Origin: Thermodesulfobacteriota bacterium
GTDB lineage: Bacteria > Desulfobacterota_D > UBA1144 > Nemesobacterales > JAJCZQ01
NCBI GenBank assembly: GCA_965215275.1
Contig: OZ244044.1
Span: forward strand, 576,001 to 640,000
Reading direction: 5' to 3'
Length of the DNA stretch: 64,000 nucleotides
In this document: one piece after another, positions 42,378-52,810 of the stretch
Layout: each line of letters starts with the position of its first letter
How positions within the stretch are numbered: the first letter of the stretch is position 1
Notes under the pieces: generated by a model
Database searches by the model: none
Told to the model about the DNA's origin: nothing
The model's input: the letters and a program-made list of their open reading frames with translations, nothing else
Made by a program: the position numbers and the translations under genes

Positions 42378-42869
42378 TTATTGTACGTATTTACCTTCTT
42401 TTTTAGTACTGTCTCTAGCGTCTTTTAAAACCTTTAATTCTCCTTTCATAAACTTTTTACCACTTTCATCCAAAAGATCCTTATTACTTAACATGTCTTC
42501 CGCTATTTCTATTAACTCATTTACTATCTTTAAAGAAAAATCCCTGTTATCCTGAGCTACTTCTGATTCCGGATCAATTTCTAACGCCTTATTAAAATCC
42601 ATAAGCGCCTCTTCATGATGTCCGAGCTTTACTTTACCAAACCCCCTGTTGGTATAGATCTCTGCCAGATAAGAACATCTTAATGATTCATCTTCTTTGT
42701 TAATTAAGTGACTGAGCTCTATAGCCTTGGTAAGGTCCTCAACTGCCTCTTCATACTGCTCCGTTTCAAGTTTAATACAACCTCTATAACTGTATGCTTC
42801 TTGACATTGAGGATTCTGCTCTATAGCTTTATCAAGTTTTTTAATAGCTTCTTTCTGCTTTTTAGTCAT
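42378..42869 (-). CDS. TPR-repeat protein
   Basis: AYSYRG...YEEAVEDLTKAIEL and IYTNRG...HEEALMDFNKALEIDP; AT-rich. Confidence 0.85.
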   Translation of the reverse strand: MTKKQKEAIKKLDKAIEQNPQCQEAYSYRGCIKLETEQYEEAVEDLTKAIELSHLINKEDESLRCSYLAEIYTNRGFGKVKLGHHEEALMDFNKALEIDPESEVAQDNRDFSLKIVNELIEIAEDMLSNKDLLDESGKKFMKGELKVLKDARDSTKKEGKYVQ

Positions 42870-42952
42870 TACTTACCCCTTTATCTTTTACCAACCTGTT
42901 CATTATAATTCCCTTTCAGTTCATTACAGGAACGGACCGATCAGAGGTTTGT

Positions 42953-43390
42953 TCAGCCCTGTTTATTAACCGTTATTTTCCCTGTGGTTACTAACTCATT
43001 GAGCAGTGAAGTCAGTTCCGCCTTCTGCTGAGCAAATTTTTGATCAAACCTTGCATCTTGCTCAGCGAACTTTGCATCTTGCTGATCAAATCTTGCATCT
43101 TGCTTTTTAGCAAAACTATCTACTATGCTTTCAACGTCCTGTCTGAATTCTTTACCCATTTCCTTCTCCTTAATACTTAACTGGTTATCTATATATACTC
43201 TGACAAAGAAAAACGCAGTTGCAACTATTGACGTTGCTAATAATACGAACGCAACTAAATTCGTTCTTAATTTGTCATAATAATTATCATAAGTAGATAT
43301 ACCAAAAACACATATACCAAGCACAAGGTATATAAATATTAAAGCAGTTAACCAACCATCTATTTTACGTTTAATATCTTCTCTTTCCAT
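42953..43390 (-). CDS. two-TM membrane protein with heptad-repeat coiled coil
   Basis: Two hydrophobic helices, then QDARFDQ/QDAKFAE/QDARFDQ 21-bp repeats. Confidence 0.65.
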   Translation of the reverse strand: MEREDIKRKIDGWLTALIFIYLVLGICVFGISTYDNYYDKLRTNLVAFVLLATSIVATAFFFVRVYIDNQLSIKEKEMGKEFRQDVESIVDSFAKKQDARFDQQDAKFAEQDARFDQKFAQQKAELTSLLNELVTTGKITVNKQG

Positions 43391-43587
43391 AGTAAATTTA
43401 TATCAGACCGAGAATGTTTAGTCAACATTTTTAGCTAATTAATTCCTCGTATTTTAGCCTCTTACCTTCTAATCCTTTAACAATGTTCTCCATCTGATCC
43501 ATAAGCAGGTAAAGGTCCGTTGTTATGCCGTCCAGCATAATCATCAACATGGCGTTACAGGTGTTTCTTGCTCATCTTGAAGTTTAT

Positions 43588-44238
43588 TTATGCCACTTTA
43601 TGGTATGAAGGACAGATATTTCCTATTTTACACCGGTCGCAAAGGGGCTTTCTTGATCTGCATATTGATCTTCCATGATCGCCAAGTGCGTTTGAAAAGA
43701 ACGTACAACTGCTTTCAGGAACGATCTTTCTGAGATCAGACTCTATCCTGACCGCGTCGGTACTTCTGGTAAGACCCAATCTTCTGCTAAGTCTTCCCAC
43801 GTGGGTATCTACGATAATTCCAGGCTTGCCATAATAGTTCCCTATGATCACGTTGGCGGTCTTTCTGCCAACCCCTTTTAACTTTACCAGTTCCTCAATA
43901 GTGTCTGGTGGTTCTCCATTGTGATCCTTAACAAGCGATCTGGTACATTCTATAATGGACCTTGCCTTGGCGTTATAAAACCCTGCTGACCTTATATCGT
44001 TCTTCAGTACCTCTATATCGGCTACAGAAAGCTCATGAGCATTTGGATACTTCTTAAAAAGGTCCTTCGTTATCTTGTTGACCCTTGCGTCCGTGCACCG
44101 TGCAGATAATATAGAACCGATCAGCAACTCGAAGGCGTTTTTAAAGTTCAGGTGGCACCTGGCGTTCGGGTACTCTTTTTTAAGGAAGGCAAGAACCTTC
44201 GTTAATCTCTCTTTTCTTTGTGACAAATCGACCTTCAA
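43588..44238 (-). CDS. nth: endonuclease III
   Basis: LKGVGRKTANV HhH, VDTHVGR, C-x6-C-x2-C-x5-C Fe-S motif. Confidence 0.95.
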   Translation of the reverse strand: MKVDLSQRKERLTKVLAFLKKEYPNARCHLNFKNAFELLIGSILSARCTDARVNKITKDLFKKYPNAHELSVADIEVLKNDIRSAGFYNAKARSIIECTRSLVKDHNGEPPDTIEELVKLKGVGRKTANVIIGNYYGKPGIIVDTHVGRLSRRLGLTRSTDAVRIESDLRKIVPESSCTFFSNALGDHGRSICRSRKPLCDRCKIGNICPSYHKVA

Positions 44239-44365
44239 CGCTGCACGGAAAGTAACAGAGGAACCTGATCAGCGTCAACCTCGTACTGAACGGAAAACGG
44301 CAGATACGTTTGAAACAAACCACCTTTATAAGGTCACACCTTATATGAACAGGTATTAACAGTAA

Positions 44366-44635
44366 CTAATCGTCTTTACGTGCGGGTTCCAGACCTTCTT
44401 TTCCGTCAAAGAAATCTTTGTTCATATCAATGAATTTCTGCCACTTTTCAGGAAGTTCATCTTCATGGTAGATAGCATCAACAGGACAGGGGTCCACGCA
44501 TGCCCCACAGTCTATACATTCCTCAGGATGAATAAAAAGCTGATCATCACCTTCATAAATGCAATCAACGGGACATGCCTCAACGCAGGCTTTATCTTTA
44601 ACGTTGATACACGGTTCAGCAATTATGTATGCCAT
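44366..44635 (-). CDS. 7Fe-type (dicluster) ferredoxin
   Basis: [18 protein letters not shown] and [16 protein letters not shown]. Confidence 0.93.
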   Translation of the reverse strand: MAYIIAEPCINVKDKACVEACPVDCIYEGDDQLFIHPEECIDCGACVDPCPVDAIYHEDELPEKWQKFIDMNKDFFDGKEGLEPARKDD

Positions 44636-44721
44636 CTAACAGTACCTCTCCAATGCAGTAATTAAGTGATCTAACCGTAGAAATAATACTTTATTTGTCA
44701 AGAATAAAAAGATTCTGTGTA

Positions 44722-45183
44722 TTATTTACTTTCAGGAACTTTACTTTTCATCTGACCGTCAGGCTTTCTATTCCTGTTCAGTCCGGCCTCCGGCGTGCCA
44801 GGTCCATCCGGAGCAACGGGAGATTCCATTAAAAAGTCCACGTCCGTACCTTCATCCACGTCAGTATCCGAAACGGGGGCTTCCCGATCGTCAGAAATGA
44901 TCTCCTGGATCTCCGACGTTCCTTCAATTACGGAAGACTGTGTCTTCTGAATGGAAAAATACCCTAAGGATAAAGAAGTAATAAAGAAAACCACGGCAAG
45001 CAGTCTGGTCAGTTTTGCCAGGAAAGGGACCGCACCACTCGCGCCAAAAACCGATTCCGAGGTCCCTCCTCCAAAGACCGAGCCCAGATCACCAGACTTC
45101 CCGGGCTGCAGAAGTACCACGAGTACCAATATCAAACTCACTAATATATGAACTATTTCCACTACCGGTATTATAAACTGCAC
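44722..45183 (-). CDS. secG: preprotein translocase subunit SecG
   Basis: VLLQPGKSGDLGSVFGGG, FLAKLT; adjacent to tpiA. Confidence 0.92.
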   Translation of the reverse strand: MQFIIPVVEIVHILVSLILVLVVLLQPGKSGDLGSVFGGGTSESVFGASGAVPFLAKLTRLLAVVFFITSLSLGYFSIQKTQSSVIEGTSEIQEIISDDREAPVSDTDVDEGTDVDFLMESPVAPDGPGTPEAGLNRNRKPDGQMKSKVPESK

Positions 45184-45189
45184 TGTAAA

Positions 45190-45948
45190 CTAACTCCCTA
45201 TGATCTCGATCAGATTTATAAACGACTCGGCATTAAGACTGGCCCCGCCGATCAACGCCCCTTTGGCGTCCTGTGCCTTAAGTATTAAGTTAATATTATC
45301 CTGATTAACGCTCCCACCGTAAATTATCCTTATATTATCCGCATCCTTGCCGAATAGTTCAATTAATTTATCCCTTATCTCTTTATGTGACCGCTCGATC
45401 TCCTCAGGAGTGGCATTATTACCCGTTCCGACCGCCCATATCGGTTCATAGGCAACAACTATATTTTCTGCATTATCACCCTTGACGTCCTGAAGTGCAC
45501 TTTCTATCTGACGTCTTAAAACGATCGGCGTCATCCCTTTTTCTCTCTGTACCAGGGTTTCACCTATACAGATGATCGTCTTTAATCCCGCACTCAGGGA
45601 CGCAAGGACCTTCTTTCTTACGTCGTAGTCTGTTTCACCAAGGATCTGTCTCCTTTCCGAATGCCCAACGATCACCCAGGAGCAGCCTATATCCACCAGC
45701 ATCGCGGGAGATATCTCTCCAGTATAAGCTCCGGAGTCTTCCCAAAAAACGTTCTGTGCTCCCAGTGACACGTCCGTATGGTTTATGACCCTGTGAACGA
45801 TCTCCATGTTCGTAAACGGAGGGGCCAGGACGATCTCAAATTTCAGATGTGCAGGACTTACCATGTTTAAAATAGATTTCGTCAAGAACTCAGCTTCTTC
45901 TCTAAGAAGGTTCATCTTCCAATTAGCCACTATTAACTTTTTCTTCAT
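45190..45948 (-). CDS. tpiA: triosephosphate isomerase
   Basis: ANWKMN, GAYTGEIS, GHSERR, AYEPIWAVGTG, YGGSV, GGASL. Confidence 0.97.
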   Translation of the reverse strand: MKKKLIVANWKMNLLREEAEFLTKSILNMVSPAHLKFEIVLAPPFTNMEIVHRVINHTDVSLGAQNVFWEDSGAYTGEISPAMLVDIGCSWVIVGHSERRQILGETDYDVRKKVLASLSAGLKTIICIGETLVQREKGMTPIVLRRQIESALQDVKGDNAENIVVAYEPIWAVGTGNNATPEEIERSHKEIRDKLIELFGKDADNIRIIYGGSVNQDNINLILKAQDAKGALIGGASLNAESFINLIEIIGS

Positions 45949-46159
45949 TTAAAACTCGGATCGGGTGGATTTTAATAATGTAACGCTCTTTTACAGGTAC
46001 CGTGTCGATAATAATAACAGAGAAAAAAAGTAATTAAAGAACTCTCACTATACACACCTTCTCAAAAAGGTAAAAAACTTTTTTCATAACTGCAGACACT
46101 TAACGATCAGAACGTTTAAGTTCAGGCCGAAGCGGCACAGGCCGCCAAGGTCGTCCGGT

Positions 46160-47305
46160 CTACCGTCCAGGCTGATCAAAATACTCTTTCAGTCGTCCCA
46201 TTCCTTTCTGTATCATTTCCACGGAAGTTGCATACGAGAACCTTATATAGCCTTCACCTCCGCCGCCAAAATCGATCCCGGGAGCAACGCCGACCCCGGC
46301 CCTGTTTAAAATATCAAACGCAATTGCCTTGGAGTCCATGCCTATTTCTGAAACGTTTAAAAATATATAAAAGGCCCCGTCCGGCTTATAACTGAGAGCA
46401 AAGCCCAGTTCCTCTATACCTTTGAGCATCTCTATCCTTCTCCTGTTAAAGACCTCCACCATGTTCATGTCTTCCAGACCGACCCCCTGCAGTGCCTCTA
46501 CTCCAGCTCTTTGAACAAAAGGATTTGCCGAGATAAAGAGATTTTGCTGGAGTTTCTGAACAAAACGAACAAAGCCGGCAGGTGCGATAATATAGCCAAG
46601 CCTCCAGCCCGTCATTGCATATAACTTGGAAAATCCGTTTATCACAAAGGCATTATCGGTAAATTCCAGGATCGATCTTGCTTTTTTACCGTATTCCAGC
46701 CCGTGATAGATCTCGTCTGAAATCACCATAATCCCCATATCCGCGATCTTGCTGATCAGGAACGGGTCCATCGTAACGCCCGTCGGGTTCGCAGGGGAAT
46801 TTATAATAACGGCTTTCGTTCTTTTCGTTATCGCCTTTTTCACGTCAGATATTTCCACCTGAAATCCATTTTCCTCATATATCCTTACTTTTTTAGGCAC
46901 TCCTCCCGCGACCTTGATTATCTGGGGATAGCACGAGTAATGAGGGTCGGTGATAATTATTTCATCACCGGGATCTATGACCGCCGTTACAGCAAGGAAC
47001 AGTGCCGGGGAACTTCCAAGCGTGACAATAACGTTCTCAGGACCTATACTCCGTCCATAAGCACCTTTATAGCTGCTGACGATGGCATCTCTGAGCTCCG
47101 ATATCCCGACGCTCTCCGTATATTTGGTCTCGCCCCTTTTGATCGATTCTATTGCGGCGCTGCATATATCATCGTGAGTTGCAAAATCAGGTTCCCCAAC
47201 CTCAAAATGTATGATGTCTTTCCCTTCTCTTTCAAGCCTTTTTGCACGTTCAAGGACCTCCATGACGTAAAAGGGGGAAAGATGCTTTGCCAGTTTGGAA
47301 GGCAT
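46160..47305 (-). CDS. PLP-dependent aminotransferase class I/II
   Basis: GEPDF, NSPANPTG, SDEIY, GFSKLYAMTGWRLG. Confidence 0.93.
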   Translation of the reverse strand: MPSKLAKHLSPFYVMEVLERAKRLEREGKDIIHFEVGEPDFATHDDICSAAIESIKRGETKYTESVGISELRDAIVSSYKGAYGRSIGPENVIVTLGSSPALFLAVTAVIDPGDEIIITDPHYSCYPQIIKVAGGVPKKVRIYEENGFQVEISDVKKAITKRTKAVIINSPANPTGVTMDPFLISKIADMGIMVISDEIYHGLEYGKKARSILEFTDNAFVINGFSKLYAMTGWRLGYIIAPAGFVRFVQKLQQNLFISANPFVQRAGVEALQGVGLEDMNMVEVFNRRRIEMLKGIEELGFALSYKPDGAFYIFLNVSEIGMDSKAIAFDILNRAGVGVAPGIDFGGGGEGYIRFSYATSVEMIQKGMGRLKEYFDQPGR

Positions 47306-47316
47306 AAGATAACCGG

Positions 47317-47826
47317 TTATTTAAGGATCAGAGCTTTTTTGATCTTTCTTTTAAACAGCTGCTTTTTAAGTCCTGACATCCTGTCAAAGAACATTATTCC
47401 GTCCAGATGATCTATTTCATGCTGTAAAACCCTGGAAAGAAAATCAGAAGCTTCAACCACCACTGTATTACCATTTCTGTTAAAAGCCTCCACGACGATG
47501 CTTGCTTTCCTTTTAATGGTGCTTTTAAAACCCGGCAGGCTCAGACACCCTTCTTCGCTCATCTGAGAACCATCTGACCGGATAATCTCAGGGTTGATGA
47601 ACTCCTGGGTATTTTTCCTGCCATCTCCCACAAAATCAACGTCAACGACCACTGCCCTGATGTTCTCACCTACCTGCGGTCCCGCCAGTCCGACGCCTTG
47701 TGCCTTGTACATTGTCTCTGCCATATCATCGAGCAGTCTGTGAAGAACGCCGTCGAAACTATTGACCGAGGCAGACCTTTTTGTCAGTCTGCGGTCAGGA
47801 TAAACCAGTATTTCACGTAAAGACAT
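47317..47826 (-). CDS. def: peptide deformylase
   Basis: GVGLAGPQ, EGCLS, QHEIDHLDG. Confidence 0.96.
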   Translation of the reverse strand: MSLREILVYPDRRLTKRSASVNSFDGVLHRLLDDMAETMYKAQGVGLAGPQVGENIRAVVVDVDFVGDGRKNTQEFINPEIIRSDGSQMSEEGCLSLPGFKSTIKRKASIVVEAFNRNGNTVVVEASDFLSRVLQHEIDHLDGIMFFDRMSGLKKQLFKRKIKKALILK

Positions 47827-47922
47827 TATAACTTTGAAAGATAATATATAAATAACCGTCTCAAGGCTGAAACCGGGACCCGTCCGGGACAGTCAAGACC
47901 TGGCTTTACCCGAAGTGAACGA

Positions 47923-48198
47923 TCAGCCGTTTATTCGCTTAACGAGTTCTCTGCTCACTTTGAAACGAGGGAGTTTCTTGTCAGGTACGTGAACGTGCTC
48001 GCCGGTCCTTGGGTTCCTGCCTTCGTACGAGCGGTATCCTTTAGTGAAGAAACTGCCGAATTCCCTGATCTCAATGCGCCCATCTTTTTTAAGAACGTCC
48101 AACATGCTCTCTATAAGAACGTTCAATATGCTCTCAGACTGCTCCGGCTGTAATTCAAACTTTTCAGCGATTTCCTTTTCTATATCAGACTTTCTCAT
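47923..48198 (-). CDS. IHF/HU-family DNA-binding protein (IHF-beta-like)
   Basis: RIEIREFGSF, GRNPRTG, PRFK. Confidence 0.9.
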   Translation of the reverse strand: MRKSDIEKEIAEKFELQPEQSESILNVLIESMLDVLKKDGRIEIREFGSFFTKGYRSYEGRNPRTGEHVHVPDKKLPRFKVSRELVKRING

Positions 48199-48344
48199 CC
48201 GATCTCACGCTACCAGTAAACGGTTTTGTAAACTATTTGCTTTAAATCCGTTTGTCAAGTATATGTTTTCAGGTCCATTGGATCTTTTCAGATAAATTAC
48301 AGGTCCTAAAACGCGAGGTAAGTCGGCCAGAAGACAGATAACTG

Positions 48345-49250
48345 ATGAGCAAGGTTGAAAAATTCCTGAACGAAGCTGAACGACTTAAAGAAGATGGTAA
48401 ATTTGCCGAGGCACTGTCCACGCTGAACAAGGCCAATAAGATCTCTCCCAACAACCCCTGCGTGTTCCTGTCATACGCGGTCACCTATGATATGATGAAC
48501 CAGCTTGAAAGTTCAGCGGGATATTTTTCCAAGGCACTGAAACTGGAACCGGACAACCCCACGATATTAACCCATTACGGTATAACGCTCTGTAAGACAC
48601 ACAAGTACGAAGAGGCGATCGTTACCTTTAAAAAAGCACTTCACACGGACCCTGACCACTCCTTTGCAAAATGGCATTTAGGGATCACCTACAGAACGAT
48701 CGGACTTTATGAAGACGCCACCAGGCTGATGAAGGAGTGTCTGGCCTCCGATCATGAGGACTTTGCAGACGAGATACACTACCAGCTGGGTTCAGGTTAT
48801 TACGACATGGGATGGACCTAGGAGGCGATCAGGGAGTTCAAGGCCCATCTTGAGATAGTTCCTGACGACCCGTGGGCAAACCTGTCCCTGGGCAACTGTT
48901 TTTTAGACATGGGATGGGTCGATGAAGCAATTAAAAGATTTCAGGGGATCATCAGTCTTGATCCCGAGTTCATCCCTTCATACAACGCACTTGCCTTTTC
49001 TTTTGCTGAAAAAGGATGGTACAAGGAAGCCCTTGAGGTCCTGAAGGACGCACAGAGGATATCCCCAGAAGATCAGATGATAAAGGACAGTATTGACTAT
49101 ATAGAATCACTGATCGATAACGGTAATAAAACCGTAATGCTGATATATATACTGCTGAAGATCCATGCTGACGGCTTAAAAAAGCGGCGGGATCAATGGA
49201 CGGAGAAGCAAAGCAGGGAAGCTAAAACGTACTACCGCAGGCAGGTTTAA
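48345..49250 (+). pseudogene. TPR-repeat protein interrupted by a single in-frame TAG (48819-48821)
   Basis: ORFs 48345-48821 and 48909-49250 are in the same frame; read-through gives DMGWT*EAIREFKAHLEIVPDDPWANLSLGNCFLDMGWVDEA, a continuous TPR register. Confidence 0.75.
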
Positions 49251-50275
49251 CCACTGCCTGGATTAAGGATCACCTTCAGGCTTTCCTTTGACCCTTCCGC
49301 TATATTAAAACCTTTCATACCTTCATCAAGAGGAAGGCGGTGAGTTATCATATCCGCAAGGTTGAGCCTCCTGTGCCTTATCAGGTCCAGTGCTAATTTC
49401 AGGTCTTTTGGTGCCGCCGCATATGAACTTATGATCTTAACTCCCGACCACCACAGGTCATTAAAGTTGATCTTCAGTTCGTACCGGGGGTCGGACGGAG
49501 CAAAGAACAGTATGGTCCCGCCTTTTTCAACGATGGATAACGCCAGATCGATGGCCGATCCGGCACCGGTGCAGACGATCACAAGGTCCATGAGTGCATT
49601 CGTATCTTTTTTTATCTTTCTGGAAATATCCTTATCAGACGCCGTGTAAACCCGGTCGGCACCAAATCTTTCCGCCATCCTGAGCTTAAATTCATTTACA
49701 TCGACGGCACAGGTATATCCCGCTCCCTGACCTATGGCGTACTGTAGATTTAACATACCCGTAACGCCGCTCCCGATCACGGCCGTGCTCATCCCGACCT
49801 CAAAACCCGCAAGCCTGTGACCTCTTACCACGCAGCCAAGTGGTTCGGTAAAAGAACCTTCATCACAGGAAACGTCATCGGGGAGCAGGAACGTTCCACT
49901 GTTCACGTTCATCTGCGGAAGTCTGATATACTCTGAAAATCCACCCGGGTCGAAATACGTCTCTTTAATGTACGGACAGACCGTATGACGGTCAGAAAGA
50001 CAGTAATTACAGGTATTGCAGGGAACATGATGGGTTGCAACTATCCTGTCACCCTTTCTGAACTCAGACACACACCTACCGGTCGCAACGACCCGGCCGG
50101 CTACCTCGTGTCCCAGAACAAGTGGTGCCTTTGGCAGTCTGTACCATTCCATGAGGTCGCTGCCGCATATTCCACTTGACTCGACCTTCATCAGGATCTC
50201 ACCATCCTTTATTTCAGGGACCGGTCGCTCCTCTAATCTGATATCGTGATTGTTATAATAGGTCAGGACCTTCAT
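49247..50275 (-). CDS. zinc-dependent alcohol/sugar-alcohol dehydrogenase (MDR family)
   Basis: GICGSD, LGHE, CNTCNYC...C structural Zn site, GSGVTG. Confidence 0.92.
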   Translation of the reverse strand: MKVLTYYNNHDIRLEERPVPEIKDGEILMKVESSGICGSDLMEWYRLPKAPLVLGHEVAGRVVATGRCVSEFRKGDRIVATHHVPCNTCNYCLSDRHTVCPYIKETYFDPGGFSEYIRLPQMNVNSGTFLLPDDVSCDEGSFTEPLGCVVRGHRLAGFEVGMSTAVIGSGVTGMLNLQYAIGQGAGYTCAVDVNEFKLRMAERFGADRVYTASDKDISRKIKKDTNALMDLVIVCTGAGSAIDLALSIVEKGGTILFFAPSDPRYELKINFNDLWWSGVKIISSYAAAPKDLKLALDLIRHRRLNLADMITHRLPLDEGMKGFNIAEGSKESLKVILNPGSG

Positions 50276-50309
50276 GGCGATTTGGGGTTTTAAAAAGCCT
50301 GAACTGTAT

Positions 50310-51107
50310 TTACTGCTCGTTGTTTTTTACCGACCTGAACAGTTCAAGTGCTTTTTCCGGGCCGTTATCCTCGTGCACTATGGATCTGATCGCCCTTATC
50401 ATGGCAACCGGATGGTCATGCTGCCAGATATTCCTTCCCATATCCACGCCCGCTGCTCCCTTGTTCACGGCATCGTGCACCATATTAAAGACGTCCATTT
50501 CAGTTTCAAGCTTAGGTCCGCCTGCAATTACAACGGGTACAGGACAGCTTGACGTTACTTTCTCAAAATCCTCGCAGTAATAGGTCTTTACTATATGCGC
50601 CCCAAGTTCCGCACAGATCCGGCAGCAGAGGGACAGATATCTCGAATCCCGTTTTTCAAGTTCCTTACCCACGGCCGTTATACCGAGCACGGGAATTCCA
50701 TATCTTTCTCCCTGGTTTACCAGTTCAGCAAGGTTCAAGAGCGTCTGTTTTTCGAACTTAGTACCAACGAACACCGACAGCCCTACCCCAACGACGTTCA
50801 GTCTTATGGCCTCTTCAAAGGAAGTGGTCAGTCCCTCATCCTCCAGATGTGGTCCGGTTATACTGGTTCCCCCGGATACCCTGAGCACCACGTTAGCTCC
50901 CGAGTCGGGATCAATGGAAGTTCGTAAAACCCCTCTTGTCAGCATAATGGTGTCTGCATAAGGAATGAGCGGCGTTATGGTCTGCCTTGGTATCTCCAGT
51001 CTGTGAGTGGGTCCCAGGAAATATCCATGGTCGAGAGCGAGCATGACGGACCTTCCCGTTTCAGGCTGAATTATTTTAGATAATCTGTTCTTCATCCCCC
51101 AGTCCAT
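50310..51107 (-). CDS. lsrF: LsrF-like DhnA-type aldolase/thiolase
   Basis: MDWGMKNRLS, ALDHGYFLGP, ELGAHIVKTYY, IAGG, GVDMGRNIWQ; ATG at 51107. Confidence 0.88.
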   Translation of the reverse strand: MDWGMKNRLSKIIQPETGRSVMLALDHGYFLGPTHRLEIPRQTITPLIPYADTIMLTRGVLRTSIDPDSGANVVLRVSGGTSITGPHLEDEGLTTSFEEAIRLNVVGVGLSVFVGTKFEKQTLLNLAELVNQGERYGIPVLGITAVGKELEKRDSRYLSLCCRICAELGAHIVKTYYCEDFEKVTSSCPVPVVIAGGPKLETEMDVFNMVHDAVNKGAAGVDMGRNIWQHDHPVAMIRAIRSIVHEDNGPEKALELFRSVKNNEQ

Positions 51108-51251
51108 AGTTATCACCTCACAGGTTCTGTCAGTTTTACAGGGGAAGTATATATTCAACTAAGCAGAAATAAAAGATGGATACTGTATATTTATAGTTAT
51201 TAACTGATCCGTTGATCAGGATCTTTACAGTATGAGATATTATTTATGCAC

Positions 51252-51281
51252 TTGACATTCGGTCATTATACAGAGTAGAAT
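51252..51281 (+). promoter_or_regulatory. sigma70-type promoter of the surface-protein gene
   Basis: TTGACA (51252-51257), 18-bp spacer, TAGAAT (51276-51281); the upstream/-35 block recurs at 57431-57481. Confidence 0.6.
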
Positions 51282-51291
51282 AATCATTAAT

Positions 51292-52606
51292 ATGTCATTC
51301 AGAACAATACCCCCCCCCGTCTAATCTGTTAATCCATTTTTTCTTTCTTCTGTGTTTTGTATCCATTGAGGCATATGGTCAGAGCGATAATGATTGTGGT
51401 GGTGCATCCAGTGCGGCTATTGAAGCCACGTTGCAGCTGGACGGAATGCAGCAAGAGGGGGGTTTTGTCAGCGGTGGAATGCATTACTATCAGATAGACG
51501 TAACGACCCCTGTTATAGCAAATATAAGGATAGGTATATTAGTTTCTTTCAGCACTCGAGAAAAAAGTTTACAGCTGTGTGACAGCAATTATGATCTGAT
51601 AGACATTGATACTTTTGGAACTGAAAGATCTACTGGGAATATTTCAGCTCGCCTCAGAACGGGAACGTACTATGCCGTTGTGAAAGTTGGTGATACTGTG
51701 GGATACAGGGTTTCAGTTGCAACGGTCGTTAATAACTGTGACGCCAGTACAAGTACAGAAGACACGCTGGAGGTTGACGGAGGTCCGAAAAACGGAAGTC
51801 TGAGCACAGGTGAACTGGATTACTTTCAGTTAGACGTAACGGATGATACCGTAATAGATATAGAGATGGATGAACTATCATCCACCACCAGGGTCTCAAT
51901 ACAGCTGTGTGACAGCAGTGACGGTCTTATAGCCAGTGATACTTTTGGACAGTTTATTGACAGAACTGCCGGTACCATCAGGGCTTTTGTCAGAACGGGA
52001 ACGTACTACGTCTACGTGGGAAGCAATAGTGCTGTATCGTACAGGGTTTCAGTTGCAACGGCTGATGACTGTGACTTCAGTGAAACTGCTGAAGCCACGT
52101 TGATGGTGGACGCGGCGGCACATGATGGAAAGTTAAGTGCCGGTGATGAGCTTCATTATTTTCAGATAGGTCCAGCAAACGATATCAGTGTAACCATAGA
52201 GGCAGTTTTCACCCATGATAACCCTGATAACAGTTTACAGCTGTGTGACGGCAGTGATGATCTGATAGACGTTAGTGCTGACAGTATTTCAGCTCTTCTA
52301 ATACAGGGAACGAGTTACTATATAGTTGTGGGAAGCAGTGCTCCTAATGATTATATGCTTACAGTCGAAGAAAGAGATACTGATCCTCCGCCTCCTCCGA
52401 CACCGCCACCACCACCAAGACCAGACCCACCATCACCAGACCCAAGTCCAAGAGCATCAGATACTGAAGCTGGAGGTGGTGGAGGGTGTGCGATCTCAGA
52501 TCAGAACGAAGCTGTTTACGATCTGCTCGCAGCAGTGGCATCTCTGATGCTTATACCCGTATCTGTAGTTATAAGAAGGAAGATAAGGTCTCATATAAAA
52601 ACTTAG
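51292..52606 (+). CDS. surface-anchored protein with three Cys-containing PPC-like modules; start codon out of frame across a C9 tract
   Basis: ATG 51292 runs into TAA just after C9 (51310-51318); with one C fewer it reads MSFRTIPPPSNLLIHFFFLLCFVSIEAYGQ into ORF 51431-52606; C-terminal Pro-rich linker, GGGGGC, TM, RRK. Confidence 0.75.
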
Positions 52607-52810
52607 CGATCATTCATTTCCAATGCACTGAACTAACTGAAGTTTTTCCGTCAGATATAAATTCGTTAAGAACATTGTCTTCGTTCATTCAGAATAGCTT
52701 TATATATTGTTCCTTTTACAAAGTCAGGGTCGTATTTAAGCAAAACCAAAGGTCTATCAAAGAAAAGTGGTCACACCACTTACGGGAGGAGCAGGAGAAA
52801 AAACCTGAGA

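Noticed and set aside
48819..48821. Genome-wide TAG recoding
   Set aside because: Other genes in the window end at TAG at expected positions, and no pyl genes are present here.
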